From Okamejei kenojei (taxonomy: Eukaryota), in assembly GCA_035221665.1 (NCBI GenBank), contig CM069134.1, positions 91,140,001 to 91,204,000 of the forward strand: 64,000 bases of DNA, in the 5' to 3' direction. Of this stretch, positions 24,708 to 37,613 are shown piece by piece. Below the pieces are notes generated by a model. It was not told the origin of the DNA. It made no database searches and saw nothing but the letters and a program-made list of their open reading frames with translations. A program made the translations under genes and the position numbers. Numbering within the stretch: the first letter of the stretch is position 1; each line of letters begins with the position of its first letter.

Positions 24708-25342
24708 GCAAGTTCTGTTTTTTTTCCCCTTCAAATCCAATACTTTTGCACTAACATTAATAGGGGGTCAATAGACCTTTTCTGCTTTATATGAGTTTTT
24801 GTGTATGTCGTACCTAATGACAAACCGAAGGATGAGGTAATTAAAAGAGAGATACGATGGTTTTCTACATAACACTTGCGTGTTTAAATTTTCAATAAGG
24901 TGGAACGTACACATAAAACAATTCTGCCCTGTGCATCTCAGTCTCTACACGTTGATGAGAATTTAAAGAATCCTCTACAGTTGTGTTCCGTTAATGAGCA
25001 AAGGAATTAGGGAGCATATAAATCAAACCAAATGCCCGAACTTGCAGAAGCAATTATACTGTCGATTGGCGTTACATGCTTTTGAGGGTCTGGTTAGTCA
25101 TGTGCGTTTGGACATGTATTTATTTCTATGGAGCTTTGCATGGGCAGTATGTATTCTTTGCCAGGGATCCATAAAGAGCCGTCTGCTTCCCTTGCTAAGA
25201 TACTTATTGAGATATTGCTATAGAATTGATTTGATTCGAATTGGGTTTGCATGCAATAGTGCGTGTGTGCACATTAATTCCTAAAACTGCAGCATACGAT
25301 TAAATGGTTTAGTTTCATCTTTCTGCTTCTCCAGGTTTTGTC

Positions 25343-25512
25343 NNNNNNNNNNNNNNNNNNNNNNNNNNNNNNNNNNNNNNNNNNNNNNNNNNNNNNNNNN
25401 NNNNNNNNNNNNNNNNNNNNNNNNNNNNNNNNNNNNNNNNNNNNNNNNNNNNNNNNNNNNNNNNNNNNNNNNNNNNNNNNNNNNNNNNNNNNNNNNNNNN
25501 NNNNNNNNNNNN
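25343..25512. other. Assembly gap (N)
   Basis: 170 Ns in intron 3. Confidence 1.
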
Positions 25513-26711
25513 GACGCCTTCAAAGATCTAGAGTAGATTTCCAGTGGCATAAAGAGAGCCCCTAAGCAGTGCAGTTGATTGCGTTGCAAAGGTGTTTTTT
25601 ATGGGGTAATGTGTGAATGCAGCGTAGCTCTCAAGCCAGCATTTTAGACATGCAGTCAATTTAAAAAAACGAACCATATTGCTGCACTGGTGCTTTTGTT
25701 TTTTCCAAATTCGTGAATGCATTGCATTGTTTAGATCTAATTCGTCTTTGGTGATCAACATTTCATGATTGTGTCTTTTTATTCCGGACGGTTAGAACGA
25801 CCCATTGACTGAATGCAGGTTGTTTCGCGAAAACGGCGACTTTAATTTCCTGCCAATTATACCTTTTTGTTTGTTGTGGTCGTTGCAATGAGCTGATAAA
25901 TTGAAGTTATGAGTGGATGTGTTGGTGTTCCGGTATGTGTCCGTCTGGTTTGCCGACAGAAGCAATGAGCCTTTCTTCCGTGTTGAGTGTTGTATGATGT
26001 AGGTACAAATGCAGACTGCTGCAACGGAGTAGAAATGTCATTAGAATAAAACAGTACACTATTAACTATCCCACCGTGCTAACATGATTACAAAATAAAT
26101 GCCTCGAACTTAATTTAACATGTAACTCCAAGCACAAATATGGATGGAGCGCAATCCGGTGTTAGCGATTTAAACGTGTAGTACGAATATATTAGAATGA
26201 GTTCATTCTTGACTTGCCAAACAAGGAATCTATTTACATTGTGTTGAATCACAGGAGCATTTTTTCTATTACACAATGGAAATGACTACTGTGATACTGA
26301 CACGTTTCGAAATTGGTCTTGGCAGCAAAATGCAGTTGGGAAGCTAACTTTGGAAAGAATGTACATATAATAAGGACGTAGTTCACTTCAATTTGATCTG
26401 AATGCTGAAACGACCATTTTATGTTTGTCTTAAAATATACAATCTAAAAATACATTTCAATGCAGGGGACATTGCATTAATATGTATAGCGGACGCTGTT
26501 GCTGGTGACTTTGAGACCCACGAATAACACAAAGGTCTGATAGATTCGTATATGTCTATTCCGAAACGGTACAAACAAACTTGCCGAGAGGTTGGAGTTG
26601 TAGGGTTAGTGGGGACCAATACTGCGGAGAGTTGGAAAGTCACCTTTTTGATAATTTATGTAATGCTGGCCATGGGCTCGGGCACTGATCTGTTTGATGC
26701 TTCTGTTTCAG

Positions 26712-26943
26712 GTCCCATGTCCCTATCCAAGTCTCACAGTGGGGCTATCACCTCGATCTCACTTAATAAGGACGGGCTCTTTGGCGGGGTTGCGAACCCA
26801 AACGAAGTGTTCTGTTCAGTTCCGGGTCGCCTCTCCCTCCTCAGTTCAACATCAAAGTACAAGGTGACGGTGGCGGAAGTGCAGAGACGCCTCTCTCCGC
26901 CTGAGTGTCTCAATGCCTCGTTGCTGGGCGGAGTACTTAGGAG
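26712..26943 (+). CDS. tfap2a: tfap2a exon 4 (start of the DNA-binding domain)
   Basis: TTTCAG|GT acceptor; [48 protein letters not shown]; AG|GTGAGG donor; 232 nt. Confidence 0.98.
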
Positions 26944-27659
26944 GTGAGGGCTATTGGCGCATTGGGCACCGTCCTAACCAGCTCAAGTTGGTGGAAACAC
27001 AGCACTGAACACACAGCAGGGAAAACGGCTTTTTTTGGGCATAGAGCTCACACTTAAAATATTTCAGCCGTGTTACCGCTCTTTCTTTTCGCATTTTGTT
27101 CATTAGTTTTATTTCCAACAACCACAATCACATTTTTGATGGGGTTGTTAATATTTGCAACGTGTATAGTCTTTATTTTTGACTCTGCGCACTGCATTTG
27201 GATCACACTGATCAATAGTTTCAAAAGCAGCCACCCGTTACTCAAATAAATCGAGACCAATATAAGATCAACTGTCTAGATACATTTTAACAGTGTTAAG
27301 TATAAAACTTATTTGCAGTTTTGCATCTCATTTGCTGTGACCGTTGCACACTATGGATAACACAAGATGGGTGCACTAATATACAAAAACAGTTTTATCA
27401 AATCAATTGATCAAAATCAATTCAAAAATTCGTATTCAATTTAAGTTGGTTCACTTTGGAAAGAATGTACATGTTTGGAATATCAAATGTTTGCATTAAA
27501 AAGAAAAACAGTCAACTAACATGTGATTGTTTGAAACCTTTTTGGGTAATTCCCAAGTGACCATGTTTCTTTTTTTTTAAATTTGCAATTTTTTAGTCCG
27601 CACTTTAGAATAACGAGTAAAAGGAATAGTCACATGAGATATATGGAGTTACAATTTAA

Positions 27660-27815
<156 letters not shown>

Positions 27816-29989
27816 TGAATTTTATTGCATTTCCTTATTAAGGATGAAGGCAGTTGGGATGATTGTGGAGGAGCGAGAAATGCTGCTTTTGTGGAACCAC
27901 GTGCCCTTATGTAATTTGCGCTGGCATGCAGCAGTCATTGCCTTATGTTAACCCTTCAACGTGCCGACAGAAAGGAGAAGTAACAGTCCGCAAAAGCAGT
28001 GAACATTACAACGGTTGTCTTAGAATGTACACAGTAAGCTTCCGTCAGGGTTATTAGAAGAGAGGAGAAGGGGCCTTGACATCGCCAGATGTGGTCAAAG
28101 GATGTGCTCGGGTGTGTTACGGGCAATGTGGGAAGGTTGCAAATCGTTGTATTTGTTGTTGACGGGATTGAGACTTATAGGAAGTGTTAGGTGGATGGAT
28201 TGCTTTGTGCATTTGGTGCTAATGTCCGAAGTAACATCATGCGAATGAAGTTCTAATGACGGGCCCAAAGTCACTCTCGTGCCTCAATATTGTCTCCAGG
28301 AGTGTTGAGCTGCAAAGTACAGAGTAGCACAGATGCTGGAAAAACAAATTGAATTTATTTGATGTGGAGACTGAGATAATCGACGGATTATCCCAAAGCA
28401 TTAGTTGGTTAGAGAATAAGTCCAAACCTTATGACTTATTTATTATTTGCCCCGTTGGATGTCTTAAAACTGTCTTAAAAACGTTTGTGTATCTGTTTAT
28501 AATTGATGTTCATTGTGCCCACGGTCTAGGCTGTAATATGGTTACAATAGATCAGTGTGTCAGGATAGTATGGAGAGAGGTTCTTAAAGAAAATCATTAA
28601 TCTGATTATGGTTCTGTGTTATAATTAGCCAGGAGTGGATTCACGCGTAGATGGTTTGCTGATGAATGTGTGACCAGTTGGATTTCTAAGGGCCAGGCTG
28701 TTGGACTGCGTCCTGTTGTTATTGTTTATGATCTGTTCCATTTTATGGAAACGAGTTTCTGGACTGTGCTTTTGAAGCACTAATTGGCGCATGCGTCCTT
28801 CCGGTGCTGGCTAATAGCAGGAAGCCCTGCAGTAAAACCCAACTGGTTCAGGAAATTAAAACCAAACACTTTGAAATCAACAAAAAGACAGGGTTCTTGA
28901 GACTGGTGTACCCCAGCCGTTTCACAGAAACGGACAAATATATGTGTTTTTTTTTTTGCAAGGAGTTATTTTTCCAAAGTGCTTAGTTTGCAATCGTACA
29001 TTATTTTATCATTGTATCGACTAACTAATTGTAATGATAAAATCACGATAAATCGTCCGGAATGCTGATTATTTATGGTCCGTTGCATCGGACGGCACAT
29101 GCATTTGATTTGAATCATGTTTTCTTAAAACATTCGGATTTATTACATTTTGCCTGGTCAATGAACTGCTTCTATATATATTTTTAAGTGTAGTTAAACT
29201 GCAGTTGACACATGAGCAGTCTTTTATTTTCCAAATCGGCAGAAGTTCGAACATATTCACACGCGACTCATCCTTTTACAAAGTGCTGTCTAAAACCAGT
29301 CTGGGTCACGGGAATCATACCGCTTTAATGTTTATGAGCCAATATGAGTGAAAAATAACAAACGGCCATTTCTGTCCTGCATGACTACAATATGCTTTGT
29401 TGTTCGGTTGCATCGGGTTTACGGAACACGGGCTTATGTGCAAGAGGATGTTGCATAGACATGGTTTGAACTGGCACTGAATGTATGACAACAAAAGAGA
29501 TATTGTCAATTTATTTGATATCCTATCCAGTGCAGTACTTAGCTCCTCGTAATGTCGTTAAATGACTCAGTGAAGCTTTCCAAGTTTTTTTATTGCATGC
29601 TTCAAATATTTAGTTTGTGACAAATGGTAGTATGAAGGCTCCAGCAGGGCACTTCTAAACTATTCCTTGCATTAAGATGCTGAAAGAAGTCTGGGCTGCA
29701 CTGTGCGATTGTTAGACATCACGCAACGCAATCTAAATATTTAAAGAGACACTACCATTTTGTTTTTGATGCTGGATTGTTTCGATAGTAAAGTGATTAT
29801 TTTAAACAAATCTGCAAACAACGTAACATGTGCCTACTTTATCTACGCCCTGTCATTAAATTTAATTGCCTTAATATATAGCTCTAACTAAATTTCAATA
29901 ATGCGAGTAAAAAGGCAGCTACCTTTTACAGGGGTCGTAAAATGGGCTTTGAAGCACTTTAAATGTAAAATGTAAAACAATTCTATTAA

Positions 29990-30268
<279 letters not shown>

Positions 30269-32097
30269 TAAGTCCTTCCGAATGAAAACTTCAGCTAAGT
30301 CCTCCCACCCCCCGCCCTCATCTCCCTTCCATCCTTCTCTCCCTCCCCTCCTTCTGTCCATCTGCATTCGGGACTGCCATTAGCACCAGCGAATGTATAT
30401 AGGTCGCGAAAACGGTTCGGGTTTGGGCAGGCTCAAAATCGGACAACATGGCTATTCTGAAAATGCCAATTTGATTTCGGACTTGTGCTTAGCAATATGC
30501 GATGAGTGGAAAAAAAATGTTTACGCGTAGATTAAGAAAGAGTAGTCGATAACAGCCTGAACCTTGTCACCTGGTGTGCTATGCAGTGTATCATTCGTAT
30601 TAATGTTGCGACCCACTGCTATCAATGCCAACGCCGCCTGACTTGTCGTCCAATGCTTTCACTGTTAATAGCAAAGAAACCGCCGTCATTTTGTGAAGTC
30701 ACATATCAGATGGAGTCATATAAGCTTTAATATTTGCTCAGCGGTTAATAAGCATTATTTAGCAATCGAGTGTAGCCGGATTGCTTGGATGAAAAGGCAC
30801 GTGTGAAAAGTAAATTATCCGTGCTGAAATGTTGGAGGAAATTTCCAGGCTTGTTTTCTAGCCTTTAATTAAGAATTTGAAATGTCACCGAAGGGCATTT
30901 CGGTGTATAAGCTTTAGGAGGTTGGTGAAGCAATTTGTATCAATGGTTACAATCCCAGCGAAGTCAGTATTCTTTCAGAAGGTTTGAGATCTTTCGACTT
31001 CAGCCTTCAGAAATATGTTTTACCTAGTTCCGAAGAGACTTTGAAAATAGATTCAGTACATTAAACGGTATAGAATTCCAAACATAGGAAAAAATTAGCA
31101 CATCTAATCATAGCTACACCCACGGGCACATTCAGACGTGCGTACACGTGCACGCGTGGGCGCGCACACTTACATGGAAAGGAGTATACAAGGGCGCATA
31201 CACACACATGGAGTATGACTTGAGCTTTATGTATTATAGAGATTGTTTTATACACACTAATTAATCTGATTATCTTCCACACTGGAGGACAATATAGCTC
31301 TTATTGCCCTCTGTATTCCATTATGTGATTTTGAAATTGTTCAACTGATTTGTCATGTAACACTATGTTATGTGGGGTGCACGCAGTGTATCAGAACCCC
31401 AAAATGGAAACCATGATTAGTTCTAGCCCCAGAGAACCACTAAGTGAAAACTAAATTGTCAGATAATTGATTTTGCTAATGAGCATTCTGAAATTCAACG
31501 AGCTTTAGAATGCACTGGTTATCAAAACGGTTTTGTTTTAACTTCTGAAATTTTGTTTTTCTGTATTGAAAATTGCTCGAAAAGCCAATAATTTATACGA
31601 AACCATGCACCCAGACTCTTATGCGGCTATTTCAAAAAATACCTATCAAGACTTTATAATGAAATAAATTAATGACTGGGAGTATTCGGGATCGATTTCA
31701 TGTTAACATACACATTAAAGATAATAATCGTCCATTAATCCACTCGAGAAGAACAGACATTATATAAAAAAAACTGCCTGCTACAGCAGTGTGGGGTCAA
31801 ATCTGAACGAAATTTATCTTTAAAGCTGACCGCTATTATCCAGGGCAAACATATATTCCTAAGCAGTGCCCTTTGTTCAAGAAGCCTTTCAATAATGATC
31901 TTGCATTAGCTATTTAATAACTCCCTACCTCTGCCGTGAGTTTGGGTGAAGGGGCCGGAAGTTAGCTTTAGGGGTCCAAAGTAAATGGTGAATAGAAGTT
32001 GTTGTCTCTCCATCCCCCCCCCCCCCCCCCCTTCCCACTCTTCTATCCCAGATAGATGCTGCAGTTGAACATTACAACCTGTTATCTTAATTTTCAG

Positions 32098-32389
32098 ACA
32101 AATCTGCAAAGAATTTACAGACTTGCTGACACAGGACCGATCTCCTTTGGGGAACTCACGACCTGCCCCGATCTTGGAACCTGGCATTCAGAGTTGCCTG
32201 ACTCACTTCAGTCTAATCACACACGGCTTCGGCAGTCCGGCTCTGTGCGCTGCTATAACCGCCTTACAGAACTATCTTACCGAAGCACTCAAAGCCATGG
32301 ACAAAATGTACATGAACAATACTCCTAACAACCACACGGGTGAAAATCCCAGTAAAAGCGGCGATAAGGACGAAAAACACAGAAAGTAG
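32098..32389 (+). CDS. tfap2a: tfap2a exon 7 coding part (dimerisation helix and C-terminus)
   Basis: TTTCAG|A acceptor; [18 protein letters not shown]...[17 protein letters not shown]...[11 protein letters not shown] stop at 32387-32389. Confidence 0.98.
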
Positions 32390-33655
32390 TCGAATAGCAA
32401 ACGCACAACTTCCTAAAAAGGAACAAAACATTTAAAATTTGTCATATAGGTGTGACTGTTTTCCCCTCAACCTGGAACTCGGAGTCTGAGTGAGAAGAGA
32501 AGGCGATGAAGAATTTTGAACTGCTTTTTGGGAGAAAAAAAAAACAGATCAGAAGTTTCTAAAACTTTTTACCGAGTTAAACCTTCATCCATCGGACTGC
32601 ATCTTGATTGACATATCCCCGTTGTTTAAGTCTGTTAAGATTGTAGTCACAATCATTTAAAGAAGGTAACGAAAGCACATGTTATCAGTATTGTAAGTAA
32701 ACTCGAGCAGTTCTACTGACATAACTATCGTTGTTGAAAACAAATCCTCTAAGGTATTGGTCAATTTAACAACTATTGCAAGTTGCAGTTCACGGCATAA
32801 TAAGGGAAACAGTGTTCATGTATGTATATATTTATTTATGTGTAATTTAATGGGAATTGTAAATATGGTGCGTCCGTTTAAACCTTTATTTTATTTATCT
32901 GGTGATATCGTTTATCTCCTGTTAGTGGGTTTTAATCTTCATCAAATACAGTAGATCTTTCCGTGATTTTATGGTACTTAGAAAGATATCGGGGGAACCC
33001 TGGGAAACACATTTTAGCTCTCTGTAGCATGTTGTGGCGATAAGCAGTTGAACAGAATCCAAAAGAGGGGGGAGAACGTTTTATATAAGCATCGAATTTA
33101 GTTTATAATACCACAGAAATTCGAATTTAAGAATAATACCTAATTTTTTTTATAAAAAGCATCTGTGATGTTTTTTTGTGTTTTAAAATATCCCATGTGT
33201 TGTGACAAAGGAATTATCTGACACTACGTCTTCTTTCCCTACTGAAAAACCAGAGCAATAAACTGATATTGTCTATAGAACGGTTTAGTATTTTATTGTT
33301 GATCTGACAGCATTTGGGACGAGCTGATATCTTGTATGACCGGTGGCTAAATTGGAAACAGTTTTTAGCTGTATTATATAGAGTTGTGTTGGCAATAGTT
33401 TACATGCCTGTCGATGTATCATAGTCCTTTGTTACCCAGATAAATAAATATTTGATACGCTTTATGTCGATTTTTTTTATTCAGTGGCTCACTTTTGCCC
33501 AGGCGTATTTTTACTTGGCAGTATTTTCCTGCAGCCTTTCTGTATGGCTTGCAGTAATTGGGTTTAACTCTCCCTTGACAATTGATCCCCTGCAATAAGC
33601 AGCTGAACCCATTGTTTCCCTCAAGTGTAATAAAAAAAACTTGAACTTCAAGTTA
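32390..33655 (+). other. tfap2a: tfap2a 3' UTR
   Basis: Repeat-free AU-rich sequence after the stop, with ATTTA runs (32829-32848, 32885-32898) and AATAAA at 33256, 33443 and 33629. The blocks at 32810-32940 and 33430-33635 resemble the mammalian TFAP2A UTR (from memory). Confidence 0.7.
33629..33634 (+). terminator. Likely distal polyadenylation signal AATAAA
   Basis: AATAAA at the end of the conserved-looking UTR block; another AATAAA at 33700 and a G-rich tract follow. Confidence 0.65.
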
Positions 33656-36600
33656 GAGTTGAACAGGCTTGCTCTGCTACTTTATTGAGTCGTAATCAAA
33701 ATAAATGATAAAAAGGTGGCGGTGGTGGGTTGGGAGGGTGGGGGTGACGATCACGAGTTGGCCGGGCGGGGGCGGGCAGGGGGTGGAGAGGGGAGTGCAC
33801 TGTTCAGGTCTTTAATGCCCTGAAATAATGTACCTAATGATGTGACAAGTCACTAAATAAACTTCGTAGATTTCCATGATACTGTGGTTATAAAATGCCG
33901 ATCTGCCGTTTAACTCGTTCACACTCTGCTTTCTTAATGACAGTGGGGGATTTTTGGATAATGATCATAATTGTAATATTTTTTCGCGGACTTGAATGGA
34001 GACGTGTTGAGAGATACTGCTATATTGTTTACAGCCTGCGTTAATAAGTCGATCTACCGACCAACACCTTCCTTCCCCACCCAGATTCAATGCATGATGT
34101 TTCTTTTTCATTGCTGTGCAGCCAATAGATTTAAAACAATAAGGTTAAAAGCGACATTACCCTTTTTATATTGAATTTTACAGGCTTGATGATTCGTGAA
34201 TGAAGTAATGTGCGTGGAGTGCGCACAATAATTTCTCAGCTAAGAGATGGAATAAATCTGTGAGATAAGATAAGTTTAACGTATGGCATATAACAGGGCC
34301 GTTTGGTTCTTGTTAACTGCAATTTTTATTTTTTGTCAAGTGGCAGTCCGTTTTACAGCATACTAAACGCACGGGAATTCTTAGTCGGGTAACCCGCCCC
34401 CCACCCCCTCTGTCCCGCTCTGTTTGTTTGACATAAATGAAATGCGCAATGCTAGCAGGTGGGGTGAAGCGTTGTATATCAGAGCTGTTTTTTCCTGGCC
34501 GGATCTCATAATGTGTGTGGGATACTGTACTTACCTCGGGCACAATTTATAAACATCATTTCAAGTCCGCTGATTATACAGGGGAAGAGACACAAAACTA
34601 TCAAACAAATCAAAGCATATTTATTAAATTCCCAATGCGACGTCAAAGATGTAACTCCCGAGAAGTATATCTTAATTTTAAATAACGTTAGGGTGGCAAA
34701 ATGAACGATTTCCAGTTGGTTGTGACGATCATAAAATTTTACAGGAATTATTAAGCCTGTTCAAGCAATTCAGTTTAATCTTGCAAACATATTAAAAGTT
34801 TTTAAAAAGTTAGAAAGCAAAGACTACGAAGCACAATTTTGCCACATTGAATACGTCTTTATGTTGTTGAATCATATGCGGGCATTCACGTCTCAATCGC
34901 AATACATCAATATTAATGATAACTGCCTGGTAAAACCCCAAATCTAATCAATCCATTTAGCCTTGTTGTGGTAATAGTTTTGTTTTAAAAAAGATAGACC
35001 TTGTTTAGACATTTCCCGGAATATTTTACCCCTGATAATACTATACTGCGACCCCAGTATATTGAATCAAAGAGAGCTCCGTAAGTTGAAGAACCCCCAG
35101 TTTTTGTCCCAGTTTTCTTCGTTGACTTCTGGTGAGAGTTTTCATGCCAGGAATTGCTTTTGATAAGAGAGCGATTTGCTAATGGGGTTCCTAGTGGGAT
35201 GATCAGATGTCTCTCTCTGGCAGAAATGCGTGCACGCCTTTCGACTGAAAAAAAAACTTACTGGCCGCTGTTATCTAACAATACTGTGTGTGTTTACGGG
35301 GAGGGTTAGGGTTAATTAGCGCCATTATCAATCATTAATGCTTGCCTAACATGTCTGAGGTATAATCAGGTTTAGAAGACTGGAATCGACATCTGCTTCG
35401 TTCCAATTAAATATTTCATGCTAAATCATTTATTACATACACAGCCTACCTTCCCCAAAGAGGCCGGTTGTTATTGTATCTGAATTAAAAATAAAGGGCG
35501 TTTAACCATTAAATAGGAACCTCGCCCTTGGGGTCTTATCATAAAGTCAAATTGCCACAAAGCAATCTGAACAGCAACGATATAATTTTTGAAATGATTC
35601 TTTAGCATTAAAGTAGTTTTAGTAAAAGTCAGCGATGCTGATAAGATTTTTAAGGATTAGTCTGCAGGAAAAACGATCTGTCGACTGCTGGGCAAAGTGG
35701 GGGCAATAATAGTGAAATAGTTATCAACCCAACGGCGTTTCGGAATCAACTGCATGCGGGTCTCCAACTTTCTGGGCCACGAACTCTTTCTATCTAGTTT
35801 ACTCACGCCCCCCGACCCCACCTCACCCCTACTGCAGCGTCTGTTTATACGAACAAAAATGTCATAAAAATACCGAGAAGTAGAAAGAACAAGTCAAAAA
35901 TATTGTTCCTAATTATTTGTGACCGATTAAAGAAACATCTGAGCGACCTTCTCGCTAGCAATGGTTAAAATGAAAGAAGGGGGCACTAATTCAAAACATC
36001 AAGAAATCAAATATTTTCTAACGTCCAACTGCCTAGAGTGAACGTCGGACTCGTGTGATCTGTAACAAATAATCCCGAGTTACAGGGATTTGGAGCAATC
36101 GCTAGCCCAAAGAGACGTGGCGCTGTAGCGGTTGTCCTTGCGTTTAATCAGGTTACCCTGCCAAGAGAATATTAGAATTAACGCCCATCCAACACTTGGA
36201 CAACCCAGCGCTGTAAAGTGCGAGAAAATACGTTACATTTTCGGTTGCGATATTTGATTAAGGATTTAGATCCCGAATGAGTTAACTTAGTTTTCGCTTT
36301 ACATATGCTGACAGACTAGTGATGCAACCTTAACGCGCTTATATATAGATTTAGCTTTCCTTTTAATGATGAATCCGGATGCCTTCATGGGTCGGAACTA
36401 GATTGCGGATGTCAGAAAGTGAAAAACGCCAAACTATATTCGATTGCTTTTTCTCCTTCAAGCTGCTTGTCCATTCCTCTCTACTGCATTCCCAATTAAA
36501 TGCACAATCGCAAGTGTGCGTGTCCCAGTTTAAATAAAGTATATTACGTGTTCCTTCTGCGCACCTGCGAGTGCGAACGGTGGCTTTATGAGGGGTTGGA

Positions 36601-37328
36601 TGGTGCAAATGTATTTCTGGCAACGTTGACAGTGTGGCAAAGTAGCGTGCTGAAGTTTGAGGGGTCGCGGTCTGAGGTGTTAAGTGTGTAATCTGTCTTT
36701 CTTTATTTGTAGCCTCAGTGCTCTGGATACAGGTTGGTGCATTTTATTTTTAACAGGCGAATTAGTAGTTACGATTCAACATCTCCGTTAGTGCTAATTT
36801 AGTCTTAGTTTAGACAATACTTGGTTAACTTGTTTCGACTTTTGGTTGCGTTCAGTAATCTCTTGCCTTGTGAGTTTGGATTCCATTCGGATCAATATAC
36901 TGGTGGTCAATTCAGCCCAATATTTAATCACCTGTTCACGGCTTCTCTGAGTGATCTTGCCTGTGTCTTCTTAAATCTTGCATGAATTCCATGGTCCTTG
37001 TTAAAAAACGACGGATCTCGAAACTAGTTGTTTCGTTCTGAGGTTCGGGTTTCCCATCCCTGTGTCATTCCATTGATCAAATCCACTAATTAGGACATAG
37101 ATGGCGAATATCCAACCTATACTTGTCCCCCAGATTGAATACAATGGTGGCAAACTGGTTGGTAGGCAGGACGTTTGGTTTACTGGTAGCATTGTGATCA
37201 ATAGTTTAGAAGATGTGAATGCTAATATGAGAGAAACAGCAGCTCCCATCTAACCTTTATCCTAGAGGGAACAGAAAGTATCTAACCCATGTTGTAAACG
37301 CTCTGGGGTTTTTGATGGGAAGATATAG

Positions 37329-37613
37329 AGTCTGAAGAAGGGTCTAGACCGGAAGCGTCACCCATTCCTTCTCTCCAGAGATGCCTGTCCCGCTGAGTCA
37401 TCACATTGAGGAGGTGTTGGAGATTCACTGTGTTGGATGTTTGTGTAAACTGTCTTAAGTGTGGGTCTTGTTTTTCTTTGTAATGTTAAGACTGTAGAAA
37501 ATGCAATGTCGTTCAAACCAAGCTGTTTGAATGACAATAAAAGGCATTCTATTCTATTCTATTCTATTCTATTCTATTCTATTCTATTCTATTCCAGCAT
37601 TTTTTGTCTACCT
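37329..37613 (+). mobile_element. Penelope-type repeat split by a nested 5'-truncated Rex/Babar-tailed element (37399-37592, (ATTCT)n tail)
   Basis: Host reads ...CCCGCTGAGT | insert | TATTCCAGCATTTTTTGTCTACC; the insert matches 5670-5812. Confidence 0.75.

Noticed and set aside
14821-25589. ORFs containing X runs
   Set aside because: Open only because they cross assembly gaps.
35385-35412. CATCTG...CAATTA, a possible TWIST/homeodomain composite site
   Set aside because: The 8-nt spacer is longer than, and unlike, the short A/T-rich spacer of the known composite motif.
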